Source of the DNA: a virus
Virus genome (UHGV): UHGV-1359874
Strand: one strand, 5' to 3'
DNA: 64,000 bases
The position numbers were made by a program, and so were the translations under genes. The notes beneath the pieces were generated by a model. The model was not told where the DNA came from and ran no database searches. It worked only from the letters and a program-made list of their open reading frames with translations. Positions 46,962-56,217 of the stretch are shown one piece after another (positions within the stretch are counted from its first letter, which is position 1; each line of letters starts with the position of its first letter).

Positions 46962-47719
46962 TGATGATTAATGATAAAGAGATTATGAATACTCTCCAAA
47001 ATTATTATAATGTTGCAGCTTGTGATTATAATGTATTCGGGGTTTTCCTATATGGTAGCCAGAACTATGGCTTAAGTACTCAATATTCTGATGTTGATGC
47101 TGTTGCTATTGTATTTCCTACTTATAGAAATCTTATTTTTAAAGAAAAGGATATTTATAAAGAGGTTACTGGCGGCAATGGTAATTTTCATTATCAAGAT
47201 GTGAGAGATTTCTTTAATCAGCTTCGCAAAGGCAATCCTAATGCGATTGAAATTCTTACTACTGATTATTATATTATTAATCCTGATTATACTTATTATT
47301 GGAATAGTATAAGAAATAATAAGAATGTTATTTGGCAGGCTAATCCTAGTGCAACTTTTAAAGCTCTTGAAGGAATGTATAATTCTTATATGAAGAAATT
47401 TGATTCTGATAATAAACCTAAAAATTTTATTGGAGCTTGCCGCATTCTTATGTTAGCTGACCAGTTTGTTGATTTTATTCAGTGGGGAAATGAAGAACCT
47501 TCTTTTATGCTGGAAGTCTGTGATAGCTGGGAACTAATTGGTTATAAACTTGGTAAATTGGAAATTTTAAATAGTACCATTCAAATTAAGAAAGAAAAGG
47601 CTAAGTCTCTCTTTCATGAATGTTTAGATAATTACGAAAATCCTGAAGCAATCAATATTCTTAGTCTTCAGGATGGCATTATGATTCGGTATCTAAAGGA
47701 GGTAGTTGATAATGCTTAA
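46961..47719 (+). CDS. predicted nucleotidyltransferase (GS-x9-SDVD motif)
   Basis: FGVFLYGSQNYGLSTQYSDVDAVAIVFPT. Confidence 0.55.
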   Translation: MMINDKEIMNTLQNYYNVAACDYNVFGVFLYGSQNYGLSTQYSDVDAVAIVFPTYRNLIFKEKDIYKEVTGGNGNFHYQDVRDFFNQLRKGNPNAIEILTTDYYIINPDYTYYWNSIRNNKNVIWQANPSATFKALEGMYNSYMKKFDSDNKPKNFIGACRILMLADQFVDFIQWGNEEPSFMLEVCDSWELIGYKLGKLEILNSTIQIKKEKAKSLFHECLDNYENPEAINILSLQDGIMIRYLKEVVDNA

Positions 47720-48953
47720 TTCTAATGGAACTCGCGAGCTAGTGTACGTCGTGAAAATTGATGAAATTAAACCAATCGCAGGACGAGATCGGGTAGAGTG
47801 CGCAGTTGTAGGCGGATGGACTGTTATGGTTCGCAAAAACGAGCTGAAGGTGGGAGATTACGCCGTTTATTTTGAGATTGATTCTAAGTTGCCTGAGTGC
47901 GCACCTTTTGAATTTCTCGCGGCGAAGCATTATAAGATTAAGACTCAGCGCTATAAGACTCCTGATGGGCCTTTTTATTCTCAGGGTCTAGTTATGTCTT
48001 TTAAGGATTTCGTTGATGCCTCTGGCCGTGTTCCCACATGGCTAGCTGAAATCAATGCTCGTATCGCAAGTGGCGAAGATGTAACTCATACTTTCTTGAC
48101 TGAAGTTCTAGGTGTTACCTATGCAGATCCTGCAGATAATACCCGTAAAGCTAAGTCTGTAGATAAATATACTAAAATGACTCAGCGTCACCCCGAATTG
48201 TTCAAGAAGCCTTGGGCTAAGTGGATGATGCGGCGTTCCTGGGGCCGCAAGGTAATGTTTGTTTTCTTTGGCAAGAAAAAGGACAAGAAGAATGGCTGGC
48301 CGGTTGGCAAGTTCCCTGGTGTAGCAAAAACCGATCAGGAACGAGTTGAGAATATGACCTGGGTCCTGAATGATAAAACCCCGTTTATTGTTACCCAGAA
48401 ATGCGATGGTTCTAGCGGAACTTATATTCTTGAAAAGAAGCGTTTTGGATATGAATTTTATGTATGTAGCCGCAATGTCCGCATGGTTAATGAAAATCAG
48501 GATTGCTTCTATTCTACTAACTATTATTGGGAAGTTGCAAAGAAGTATGATATTGAAAACAAAATGAAAGATTGGTTGAAGAAAAATCCAAAAGCAACTT
48601 TTGTTTGTTGGCAGGGTGAAATCTGTGGCCCCAATATCCAGAAGAATCCTCAGCATCTTTCTCATACCCATTTCTTCTGTTTCCATTGGACTGATAGTAT
48701 TAATGGTCGCCTTGATATTCGTGAAGCCGCAAAGCTTTGGAAGAATTATCAGATGACTGTTGTTCCTATTGTTGGAACTGTTGTATTTCCTGATACTCTA
48801 GAAGAACTAAAAGAAGCTGCTGATGGAACTTATGATTCTTCTGTTTGTGAGGGTAATACTAACTGTAAACGAGAAGGTCTAGTTTACTATAAAACTACTG
48901 AACCTACTTTTAGCTTCAAGAATGTTAGTCGAGAATATCTTATGAATCATTAA
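47706..48953 (+). CDS. ATP-dependent polynucleotide (probably RNA) ligase
   Basis: motif I VTQKCDGSS (KxDG), motif IV-like EGLVYYK; adjacent kinase and phosphoesterase genes imply RNA repair. Confidence 0.6.
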   Translation: MIMLNSNGTRELVYVVKIDEIKPIAGRDRVECAVVGGWTVMVRKNELKVGDYAVYFEIDSKLPECAPFEFLAAKHYKIKTQRYKTPDGPFYSQGLVMSFKDFVDASGRVPTWLAEINARIASGEDVTHTFLTEVLGVTYADPADNTRKAKSVDKYTKMTQRHPELFKKPWAKWMMRRSWGRKVMFVFFGKKKDKKNGWPVGKFPGVAKTDQERVENMTWVLNDKTPFIVTQKCDGSSGTYILEKKRFGYEFYVCSRNVRMVNENQDCFYSTNYYWEVAKKYDIENKMKDWLKKNPKATFVCWQGEICGPNIQKNPQHLSHTHFFCFHWTDSINGRLDIREAAKLWKNYQMTVVPIVGTVVFPDTLEELKEAADGTYDSSVCEGNTNCKREGLVYYKTTEPTFSFKNVSREYLMNH

Positions 48954-49021
48954 AAAATAATTATAAAATTCATTATATAATAAAAATTTTTCTATATAAA
49001 ATAAGAAAGAGAGATAAATAA

Positions 49022-49234
49022 ATGGGACAAAAGTATTGCATTGAGGGGCTGCTTAACGGAAATTGCAGGCTTGCTCAGGAAAATAGTAGTTGTAACAGTT
49101 TTTTAAAGATGATTTTTCTATTTGCAAAATACATCCGAAAGTATCCGATTGTTAATATTCAGTTTCGGAATGGATATTGTGAATGTGACAAGTGTATTCA
49201 TGAGCAGCCTTTATGTTACCATAAGGAGGATTGA
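49022..49234 (+). CDS. small Cys-rich hypothetical protein
   Basis: ORF track. Confidence 0.35.
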   Translation: MGQKYCIEGLLNGNCRLAQENSSCNSFLKMIFLFAKYIRKYPIVNIQFRNGYCECDKCIHEQPLCYHKED

Positions 49235-49237
49235 ATA

Positions 49238-49399
49238 ATGATTGAATATGGAGCTTGTAGTAAAGCAGAATTAATTGAAGTGATTGAAGCTCTAGCTTAT
49301 AATGTTTTACACTATGAGCATCCTATGAGTGGTGAAATTACCGAAGAAGAAGTTTTTAATTTTTTAAAGGATGAAGGACTTCCACTTATTGAATTTTAA
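49238..49399 (+). CDS. small acidic protein (~53 aa)
   Basis: strong RBS aaggaggattgaataATG; terminator 49438-49474 follows; under ORF-track cut-off. Confidence 0.4.
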   Translation: MIEYGACSKAELIEVIEALAYNVLHYEHPMSGEITEEEVFNFLKDEGLPLIEF

Positions 49400-49437
49400 A
49401 ATAAGACAATAAAATAAAAATTTAGTAAAAGTTACCA

Positions 49438-49474
49438 AAAAGAGGAAGTTTTATAACTTCCTCTTTACTTTTTA
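49438..49474 (+). terminator. rho-independent terminator
   Basis: aaagaggaagtt/aacttcctcttt + T-run. Confidence 0.7.
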
Positions 49475-49523
49475 TAAAAATAATGTTATAATATATATAT
49501 CAAAAGGAAATAGGTGATAAATT

Positions 49524-49886
49524 GTGAAGCACAAAACTAATGCAAGCCGCATTGCAATTTCTGATTTTTATTGTACAAAATGCGGCAATAAGGGAATTAT
49601 GGTAGCTAGACCGCATAACTGCTATCGTGAAGGCGGACACCTGAAAAAGCTATATTGTCTTACTTGTAAAGAAGAAACTAATCATTGTGAGATTCGTCCA
49701 TTTGGTCAGTACACTCTAGCTGATTTTCGGGAAGAGTTCGAGCTTGGACGCTTTGTTGACGGCAACCGCATTCCTACCAATGAGCTTTTGAAATGTTCCA
49801 AGAGTGAATGTAAATATAATAAAGGTGGTCGTTGCTGGAATAGTAATCATTCTTTTGATTGTGAATATAGGCCAAAGGAGGGCTAA
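49524..49886 (+). CDS. zinc-ribbon protein
   Basis: CTKCGNKG...CLTCKEE; extended -10 motif at ~49482. Confidence 0.5.
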   Translation: MKHKTNASRIAISDFYCTKCGNKGIMVARPHNCYREGGHLKKLYCLTCKEETNHCEIRPFGQYTLADFREEFELGRFVDGNRIPTNELLKCSKSECKYNKGGRCWNSNHSFDCEYRPKEG

Positions 49887-49889
49887 CTT

Positions 49890-50405
49890 ATGAAAATGAA
49901 TAATCGACTGATTCTCATGATGGGTGTTCCTGGATGCGGCAAATCTTATTTTGCAGCTAAGCTCGCTAAGTGGATCCCTAATACGGAGATTATTTCCCGG
50001 GATGAGATTCGTTTCAAGATGCTTCAGTCTAGCGATGAATATTTTAAGCATGAGAAACAGGTTTTTCAGGCTTTTATTCTTGCTATTAATGAAAGTCTTG
50101 AGGCTGGTCATAACGTAATTGTAGACGCGACCCATATCAATCGTCAGTCTCGGTCCAAGGTTCTCCGTGAAATTAACCATGATTATTATAATCGCTGTGA
50201 TATTTTCTATATGCGTACTCCTATTGGTAGATGTATTGCTCAGAATAATCTGCGTGAAGGTCGAGCAAAAGTCCCTGAGAAGGTAGTTAAGGATTTCTGG
50301 AATCGTAAAAAGACTCCTATCCTTGATGAAGGTTTTAATAATATTTATTATGTTTTTGATTGTGAGCGGATCTCGCTCGCGCAGGGAAAGGATGAGGCAA
50401 TTTGA
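49890..50405 (+). CDS. P-loop polynucleotide kinase (Pnk-like)
   Basis: Walker A MMGVPGCGKSYF; IISRDEIRFKM; VIVDATHINRQSR. Confidence 0.7.
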   Translation: MKMNNRLILMMGVPGCGKSYFAAKLAKWIPNTEIISRDEIRFKMLQSSDEYFKHEKQVFQAFILAINESLEAGHNVIVDATHINRQSRSKVLREINHDYYNRCDIFYMRTPIGRCIAQNNLREGRAKVPEKVVKDFWNRKKTPILDEGFNNIYYVFDCERISLAQGKDEAI

Positions 50406-50950
50406 GTAATGTATTCATAACTTCCGATCTCCATCTAGGTCATGACAAGGAATTCATTTGGCGCCCGCGTGGATTCAATTCTGTTGAAGAGATGAATGAA
50501 GCTATTGTTGCTCGTTGGAACGCAGTAGTGCCGCATGAAGGTTTGGTTTATGTTCTCGGAGATATTATGCTCGGCAATAATGAAGCTGGAATCAAGCTAT
50601 TTAACCAGCTAAATGGGGAAAAGATTATTATACTTGGAAATCATGATAGTAAAAACCGCATTGAACTTTATCAAGAGTGCGGTTATGAAACTGATTGGGC
50701 AAAAGTGATTAAGTATAATGGTTATACTTTTTATCTTTCTCATTATCCTACTCTTTGTTCTAATCTAGATAATGCAAAGAAGGGTTTGAAAGGTCGAGTA
50801 ATTAATCTATGCGGTCATTCCCATGTAATTAATCCTTATGCGGATGAGGATAAAGGTTTGATCTATCATGTTGAAGTAGATGCTCATGACTGTTATCCCA
50901 TAAATCTTGATAATGTAATTCTTGATATTCGTAACACTTATAATCTGTAA
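50402..50950 (+). CDS. calcineurin-like metallophosphoesterase (candidate RNA-end 2',3'-phosphatase)
   Basis: ITSDLHLGHD, GDIMLGNNE, ILGNHDS, GHSH motifs; 4-nt overlap with kinase gene. Confidence 0.7.
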   Translation: MSNVFITSDLHLGHDKEFIWRPRGFNSVEEMNEAIVARWNAVVPHEGLVYVLGDIMLGNNEAGIKLFNQLNGEKIIILGNHDSKNRIELYQECGYETDWAKVIKYNGYTFYLSHYPTLCSNLDNAKKGLKGRVINLCGHSHVINPYADEDKGLIYHVEVDAHDCYPINLDNVILDIRNTYNL

Positions 50951-51395
50951 TAAATCAAAAGGAGAAATAAATATGAATACTCTGAACACTAATTCTCGAC
51001 GTCGCCATATGCTTTCTCGTTACCATAATTTTAGTAAGAAATCTTATGCTATATTCATGACTGAACTGGGTACGTTCACTGCTAGTGCTACAACTAATCC
51101 AATAGATACTTCATCTGAAGATATTGGCATTACTATTGCTGAGCAGCGAGCTACTATTAAGTATTGGCAGGCGGTTAAATATAAAACTCGTATTGAGCTG
51201 AATGCTTTGATGGATATGTACTCTGGCATTCAGGATATGCGGGACTTCAATTATGATAGCCTTGAGGCTCGTCGTATGCGTCGTGCCATTTATGAGAAGG
51301 AAGATGACATTAAGCAGATTAGAAAAAATATCGAGGAATGTCGCAAGATTATTCATGATGTTCTAGCTGATTGGGAAAAAATCTGTTCTCTTTAA
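50922..51395 (+). CDS. hypothetical protein; likely start ATG ~50977
   Basis: RBS aaaggagaaataaatATG. Confidence 0.5.
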   Translation: MIFVTLIICNKSKGEINMNTLNTNSRRRHMLSRYHNFSKKSYAIFMTELGTFTASATTNPIDTSSEDIGITIAEQRATIKYWQAVKYKTRIELNALMDMYSGIQDMRDFNYDSLEARRMRRAIYEKEDDIKQIRKNIEECRKIIHDVLADWEKICSL

Positions 51396-51476
51396 ATAAA
51401 ATGGACAAAAATAGCTAATTTGATAACTTTATTTTTCAAATTTCTATGATAATTAAAACAAGTAAGGGGAAATTGC

Positions 51477-51710
51477 ATGAAAAATTTTATCAAAGGTATG
51501 CTATTTGTGGCGGCAATTATTCCGCTAATAGATGGATTCCTTGGCTTGTTTAATCAAATTCTTGAATATGTATGTTCTAAGATTGCGGTTGCTACTTACA
51601 ACCTGAAAAAAGGACTACTAGACGAGGATGGCGAGGAAGATGATGAGACCTCTCATGTAGTAGGCTTCACTCTTCCCCAGATTGAGACGGAACCCGCAGA
51701 AGAGGAGTAA
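51477..51710 (+). CDS. small membrane protein with acidic tail
   Basis: ORF track. Confidence 0.4.
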   Translation: MKNFIKGMLFVAAIIPLIDGFLGLFNQILEYVCSKIAVATYNLKKGLLDEDGEEDDETSHVVGFTLPQIETEPAEEE

Positions 51711-51718
51711 TACGATAT

Positions 51719-52966
51719 ATGAAATTTTATGATACTTGTAGTCTATTGAATTTGCAGGAGAAAGCTTTTGAACCTTTTAAAGAATTTGCCATTAGCACTA
51801 TTACACTTCAAGAGCTAGAAAACATTAAAACTTCTGCACATAAGGATGCGGAAACCAAGTATAAAGCCCGCAAATTGACAAGATTGTTGGCTGAAAATGA
51901 AAAAACATATACTGTATTTCCTTATGATGCTAACGTTAAATATGCTCAACAGTTACTTGGATTTGATGATAGTAATGATACCCGTATTATTTCAACAGTA
52001 AAAGAAGCAACTAGTAATGGCAAGCATGATTTACTGTTTGTAACTGACGATATTTGCTGCTATCACTTAGCTAAAATCGCGGGAATTCAGGTGAAATTGG
52101 GAAGTAGCGAGCCTGAAGAGGATTATACTGGGTTTAAAATTGTGCGGCTAAGTGAAGATAAGCTTGCTGATTTTTATACTAACTATTTTAGTGAAGCCTA
52201 TATTGATTTTATGATGGTTCCTAATGAATATCTTATTATTCAGGATGCAACAACTGGTGAATATATTGACCAGTATAAACTTAATAAAGAGTATCAATTT
52301 GAAGAAGTTCCTTACCCAGTATTCAACAGTGAAATGTTCGGTATGATTAAGCCAAAAGATGTATTCCAGCGATGTGCAATGGATTCAATTAAGTCTAATC
52401 AGGTTACTATGCTTGGAGGGCCTGCGGGTTCAGGTAAAACCGCATTAGCTCTAGCTTATATGTTTGAACAACTCGAAAAAGGTAAGTTTGATAAGTTAGT
52501 TCTTTTTTGTAATCCTATCGGAGCTAAAAACTGCGCGAAGCTTGGCTATTATCCCGGTACTGTCTTAGATAAGGTATTGTCAACTCAGGCAGGCCACGTT
52601 TTGTCAAGCAAGTTAGGTAGCGAAACAGAAGTAGAAAGACTTATTGCGGAAAATAAGTTAGAAATTATTCCCGCAGTTGACGCTCGTGGTTATGAAGTAC
52701 CTTCTCATTGTGGTTGTTATGTTCTTGAGGCTCAGAACCTTACCAGTGATACACTTCGTCTATTGCTGCAACGTGTCGCCGCAGATACAAAAGTCATTGT
52801 AGATGGTGATAGAGTTGAGCAACTTGATATGGAAATTTATAATGAAGATAATGGCATGAAAAAAATGTCAAAAGTATTCAAAGGTACTTCTGTTTACGGT
52901 CAGATTGATCTACAAAATATTTACCGCTCTGAAATTGCTAACATTGCGGAACAGATGAAATATTAA
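51719..52966 (+). CDS. phoH: PIN-domain + PhoH-like ATPase
   Basis: Walker A GGPAGSGKTALALAY; N-terminal PIN-like MKFYDTCSLLNL...FVTDD. Confidence 0.85.
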   Translation: MKFYDTCSLLNLQEKAFEPFKEFAISTITLQELENIKTSAHKDAETKYKARKLTRLLAENEKTYTVFPYDANVKYAQQLLGFDDSNDTRIISTVKEATSNGKHDLLFVTDDICCYHLAKIAGIQVKLGSSEPEEDYTGFKIVRLSEDKLADFYTNYFSEAYIDFMMVPNEYLIIQDATTGEYIDQYKLNKEYQFEEVPYPVFNSEMFGMIKPKDVFQRCAMDSIKSNQVTMLGGPAGSGKTALALAYMFEQLEKGKFDKLVLFCNPIGAKNCAKLGYYPGTVLDKVLSTQAGHVLSSKLGSETEVERLIAENKLEIIPAVDARGYEVPSHCGCYVLEAQNLTSDTLRLLLQRVAADTKVIVDGDRVEQLDMEIYNEDNGMKKMSKVFKGTSVYGQIDLQNIYRSEIANIAEQMKY

Positions 52967-53037
52967 TTAAAATGGACAGTTCTGTTTAATCGGGATTGTC
53001 CATTTTTTATATCTATTACAAAAGGAGATGAATACCA

Positions 53038-53493
53038 ATGTCTCTATCTAAGAAAGCAGAAAGATTACAGCGTCAAGAGCAAGAATGGCAAAAAGAGAAA
53101 GAAATTTTAGAAAAACAATATTCTCTCCAAGAAGATAAAAAATCTTTCTCAGAACAACATCGCCGCAAAAAATTAACAACTAGCAAAAAGTTAATTGCTT
53201 TTCTATTTATTAATTGCACTGTAATTGAATTATTTGTTTTATATATTACTATTAGAAGTATGATTCTAGCAGAAACTATTATGCTCAGTCCTGATTTTAC
53301 ACCTTTAGTTACTCTTGTTGGAGCAATAGTAAGTGAAGTAATAGGATATGCTGTTTACGCAATAAAAGCTGCTAAAGAAAATTGCGCTAATGGTATTACT
53401 TACATGAAAGTGCAACATGAATTAGCGGCGGGTCCAGTAAATACTCCTCAAGATGAGGACATACCTGAAGATGACGAGACCCCGCAAGGATAA
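53038..53493 (+). CDS. hypothetical membrane protein
   Basis: ORF track; two TM segments. Confidence 0.5.
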   Translation: MSLSKKAERLQRQEQEWQKEKEILEKQYSLQEDKKSFSEQHRRKKLTTSKKLIAFLFINCTVIELFVLYITIRSMILAETIMLSPDFTPLVTLVGAIVSEVIGYAVYAIKAAKENCANGITYMKVQHELAAGPVNTPQDEDIPEDDETPQG

Positions 53494-53508
53494 AGAAGGA
53501 GACTCTAT

Positions 53509-53922
53509 ATGGATTTTTTAATTAATTATTGGTGGACTATTGTAGTTGGTATTGCCGCCATTGCAGTAGTAGTTTATGCTATTTACGCTTTTGCTAAACG
53601 TCCCACTTCTGAACAGATTCAAAAGGTAAAAGAATGGTTGTTGTATGCAGTGACCGAAGCTGAGAAAGAACTTGGCGGTGGTACTGGTCAGATTAAATTG
53701 CGCTATGTATATGATATGTTTCTTAGCAAATTTCCATTTTTAACTAAGGTAATTTCTTTCGATATGTTTAGCACTCTTGTTGATGAGGTTTTGGAGAAAT
53801 TCCGTACACTACTTGAAACGAATCCTAAATTGAAAGATTACGTTGAATCCGGTAAAAAGGACACAGCCACAAAAGACGATCAAACTCAGGCTGTCTCACC
53901 CGCAACTGAACAGCATAGCTAA
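53509..53922 (+). CDS. hypothetical membrane protein
   Basis: ORF track; terminator 53967-54002. Confidence 0.5.
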   Translation: MDFLINYWWTIVVGIAAIAVVVYAIYAFAKRPTSEQIQKVKEWLLYAVTEAEKELGGGTGQIKLRYVYDMFLSKFPFLTKVISFDMFSTLVDEVLEKFRTLLETNPKLKDYVESGKKDTATKDDQTQAVSPATEQHS

Positions 53923-53966
53923 ACTTTGCTCTTAATGACCAACCATAATATATAATATTTTTATTA

Positions 53967-54002
53967 AGGAGTAGCTATTAATTTAGCTACTCCTTTTTTT
54001 TA
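53967..54002 (+). terminator. rho-independent terminator
   Basis: aggagtagcta/tagctactcct + T9. Confidence 0.7.
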
Positions 54003-54291
54003 TTTATATTGATTTATTATAACAAATATGTTATAATGAATATATAAAGAAGAAAGAAAAAACTTTTATTTAGATTTATATACAATTTATTGTAGCATAT
54101 TTTTTCTCTATTGTCAAATGCGGCAATCATTTAGTTAGCCATTTACAGATAATTTGTTAGATTCTACGCTTAAAAAGATGAAGATTGACAAATACCGCAT
54201 TTCTGTAAAAAATTTTGACTTTAAAGAAAAAATATGTTATAATATTATAAGAAGAAAGAAAAGAATAAAAAATATAATTGGAGGTTAATAG

Positions 54292-56217
54292 ATGGATAAA
54301 AAGAATCTCTATACAGAAGATTCCATTGAGTCTCTTGACCCTCTGGCATTTACACGACTTAGACCTCAAGTATATTGTGGTTCTACTGAGTATTCTACGC
54401 AGCTTTTGGTTGAGATTGTGTCTAATGCGATTGATGAATACAATCTTGGAAATGGTTCAACTATTGATGTTGAAATTCTCGACAATGAGATTAAAGTACG
54501 AGATTATGGACAGGGTTTTATTGTGAATAGTTTTCGGGATGATGGCAAAACTATTCTTGAAGCAGCATTTAGTGTATTAAATACTTCTGGTAAATATCGT
54601 CAGGATGGAACCTACCAAGGGACGTCTTTGGGGTCATTTGGTATCGGTAGTAAGCTAGCTAATTATTTGTCACATTATCTGGATGTAAGAACCGTAAGAG
54701 ACGGAATGTATGAATATATTCATTTTGTTGAAGGCGTTTTTGATTCTCGTAAGGTTGGTAAATCTACTGAACATAGTGGTACTTATGTATCTTGGCAGCC
54801 AAGTGAAGAATTTTTTACTCATACAGAAGTAGAAATTTCTAAAGTAAAAGATTTGTTTAAAACAATTACTTGTCTCTGTAAAGGTCTAACTATTAATCTT
54901 ACTTATCAAGGGAAAACTGAAACTTATTATTCTAATAATGGTCTTAGTGATCTTGTTGATGATGCGGTTAGTAATAAGGAAATTATTAAAAATAGATGTG
55001 AGATTTATGATGTAAATGGTAAAGATAAAATTGATTTTATTCTTACTTATACTTCTAGCTATACTTCTACTATCGTTCCTTATGTAAATACTGGTCTTAC
55101 TGAAAAAGGCCCGCATATTACTCAGATTAAAACCATTCTTACTAGAGAATTTAATAAATTCTTTAGAGAGAAAAAATGGTTGAAAGATAAAGATGAAAAC
55201 CTTTCTGGTGATGATATTCAGGAAGGTATGTATATCGTATTCAATCTTACTGCTCCTAATGTCGCTTATAATGCGCAGGTCAAGAGTACAGTTACTAAGA
55301 TTGATATGAGTTCTTTTAATGCGGCTATTGTTGTGGGTTTACAGAATTGGTTTATTAGTAATGAAAAAGAAGTAAAAGTAATTGCTGATAAAGCTATTTC
55401 TGCAAGAAAAGCAAGAGAAGCGGCTAAGAAAGCTAGAGATGCGGCGCGCCAGCCGAAAGGTAAGAAAAAGGCTAAGCTCGCAAATCTTCCGACTAAACTT
55501 GTTGATTGTTCTTGCTCAGACCGTTCCAAGGCTGAGTTGGTACTTTGCGAGGGTGATTCGGCTGCATCGGGATTGGTTGCAGCTAGAGATGCAGAAACCC
55601 AGGCTATTTTCGGACTTCGCGGAAAAATGATTAATTCTTTTAAAAATAACTCTGAAAAAGTTATGGTTAATGCGGAGATTGTTAATCTTATTAAAGCTTT
55701 GGGACTAGACCTCAAGCCGAATGGTAAGCTAGATTATAATATTGATAAACTCAGATATGGGAAGATTATTGCCGCAACTGATGGTGATCCAGATGGAGCT
55801 AATATTCGTATGCTGATCACGGTTAATCTTTGGAATCTTTGCCCAGAGCTTATTTTGAACGGGCATTTCTATATTGCATATGCTCCATTGTTTAGAATTA
55901 CAACTAGCAAAAATGAATATATTTATTTAAGAGATGATGCGGCATTGCAAGAATATCGAACTAACCACCAGGGGGAGAAGTATCTCGTGTCTCGCTCTAA
56001 GGGACTTGGTGAGAGTGATTCTGATGAACTGGAAGCTGTGCTGCTCAATCCTGAAACCCGCAATGTTAAGCAAGTTGTTGTTAAAAATGCAACAGAAGCT
56101 GGTAATCATCTTGAAATGTTAATGGGTACAAGTGTTGTTGGCCGTCGTCAATTCTTACTTGAAAATGGCGATAAAGCTAACAGTCTTTATGAAACAAAGG
56201 AGGAGTTAGATGGTTGA
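54292..56217 (+). CDS. type II DNA topoisomerase ATPase/TOPRIM subunit (GyrB/ParE-like)
   Basis: Bergerat ATPase LLVEIVSNAIDE; TOPRIM LVLCEGDSAASG and IIAATDGDPDGANIRMLI. Confidence 0.9.
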   Translation: MDKKNLYTEDSIESLDPLAFTRLRPQVYCGSTEYSTQLLVEIVSNAIDEYNLGNGSTIDVEILDNEIKVRDYGQGFIVNSFRDDGKTILEAAFSVLNTSGKYRQDGTYQGTSLGSFGIGSKLANYLSHYLDVRTVRDGMYEYIHFVEGVFDSRKVGKSTEHSGTYVSWQPSEEFFTHTEVEISKVKDLFKTITCLCKGLTINLTYQGKTETYYSNNGLSDLVDDAVSNKEIIKNRCEIYDVNGKDKIDFILTYTSSYTSTIVPYVNTGLTEKGPHITQIKTILTREFNKFFREKKWLKDKDENLSGDDIQEGMYIVFNLTAPNVAYNAQVKSTVTKIDMSSFNAAIVVGLQNWFISNEKEVKVIADKAISARKAREAAKKARDAARQPKGKKKAKLANLPTKLVDCSCSDRSKAELVLCEGDSAASGLVAARDAETQAIFGLRGKMINSFKNNSEKVMVNAEIVNLIKALGLDLKPNGKLDYNIDKLRYGKIIAATDGDPDGANIRMLITVNLWNLCPELILNGHFYIAYAPLFRITTSKNEYIYLRDDAALQEYRTNHQGEKYLVSRSKGLGESDSDELEAVLLNPETRNVKQVVVKNATEAGNHLEMLMGTSVVGRRQFLLENGDKANSLYETKEELDG

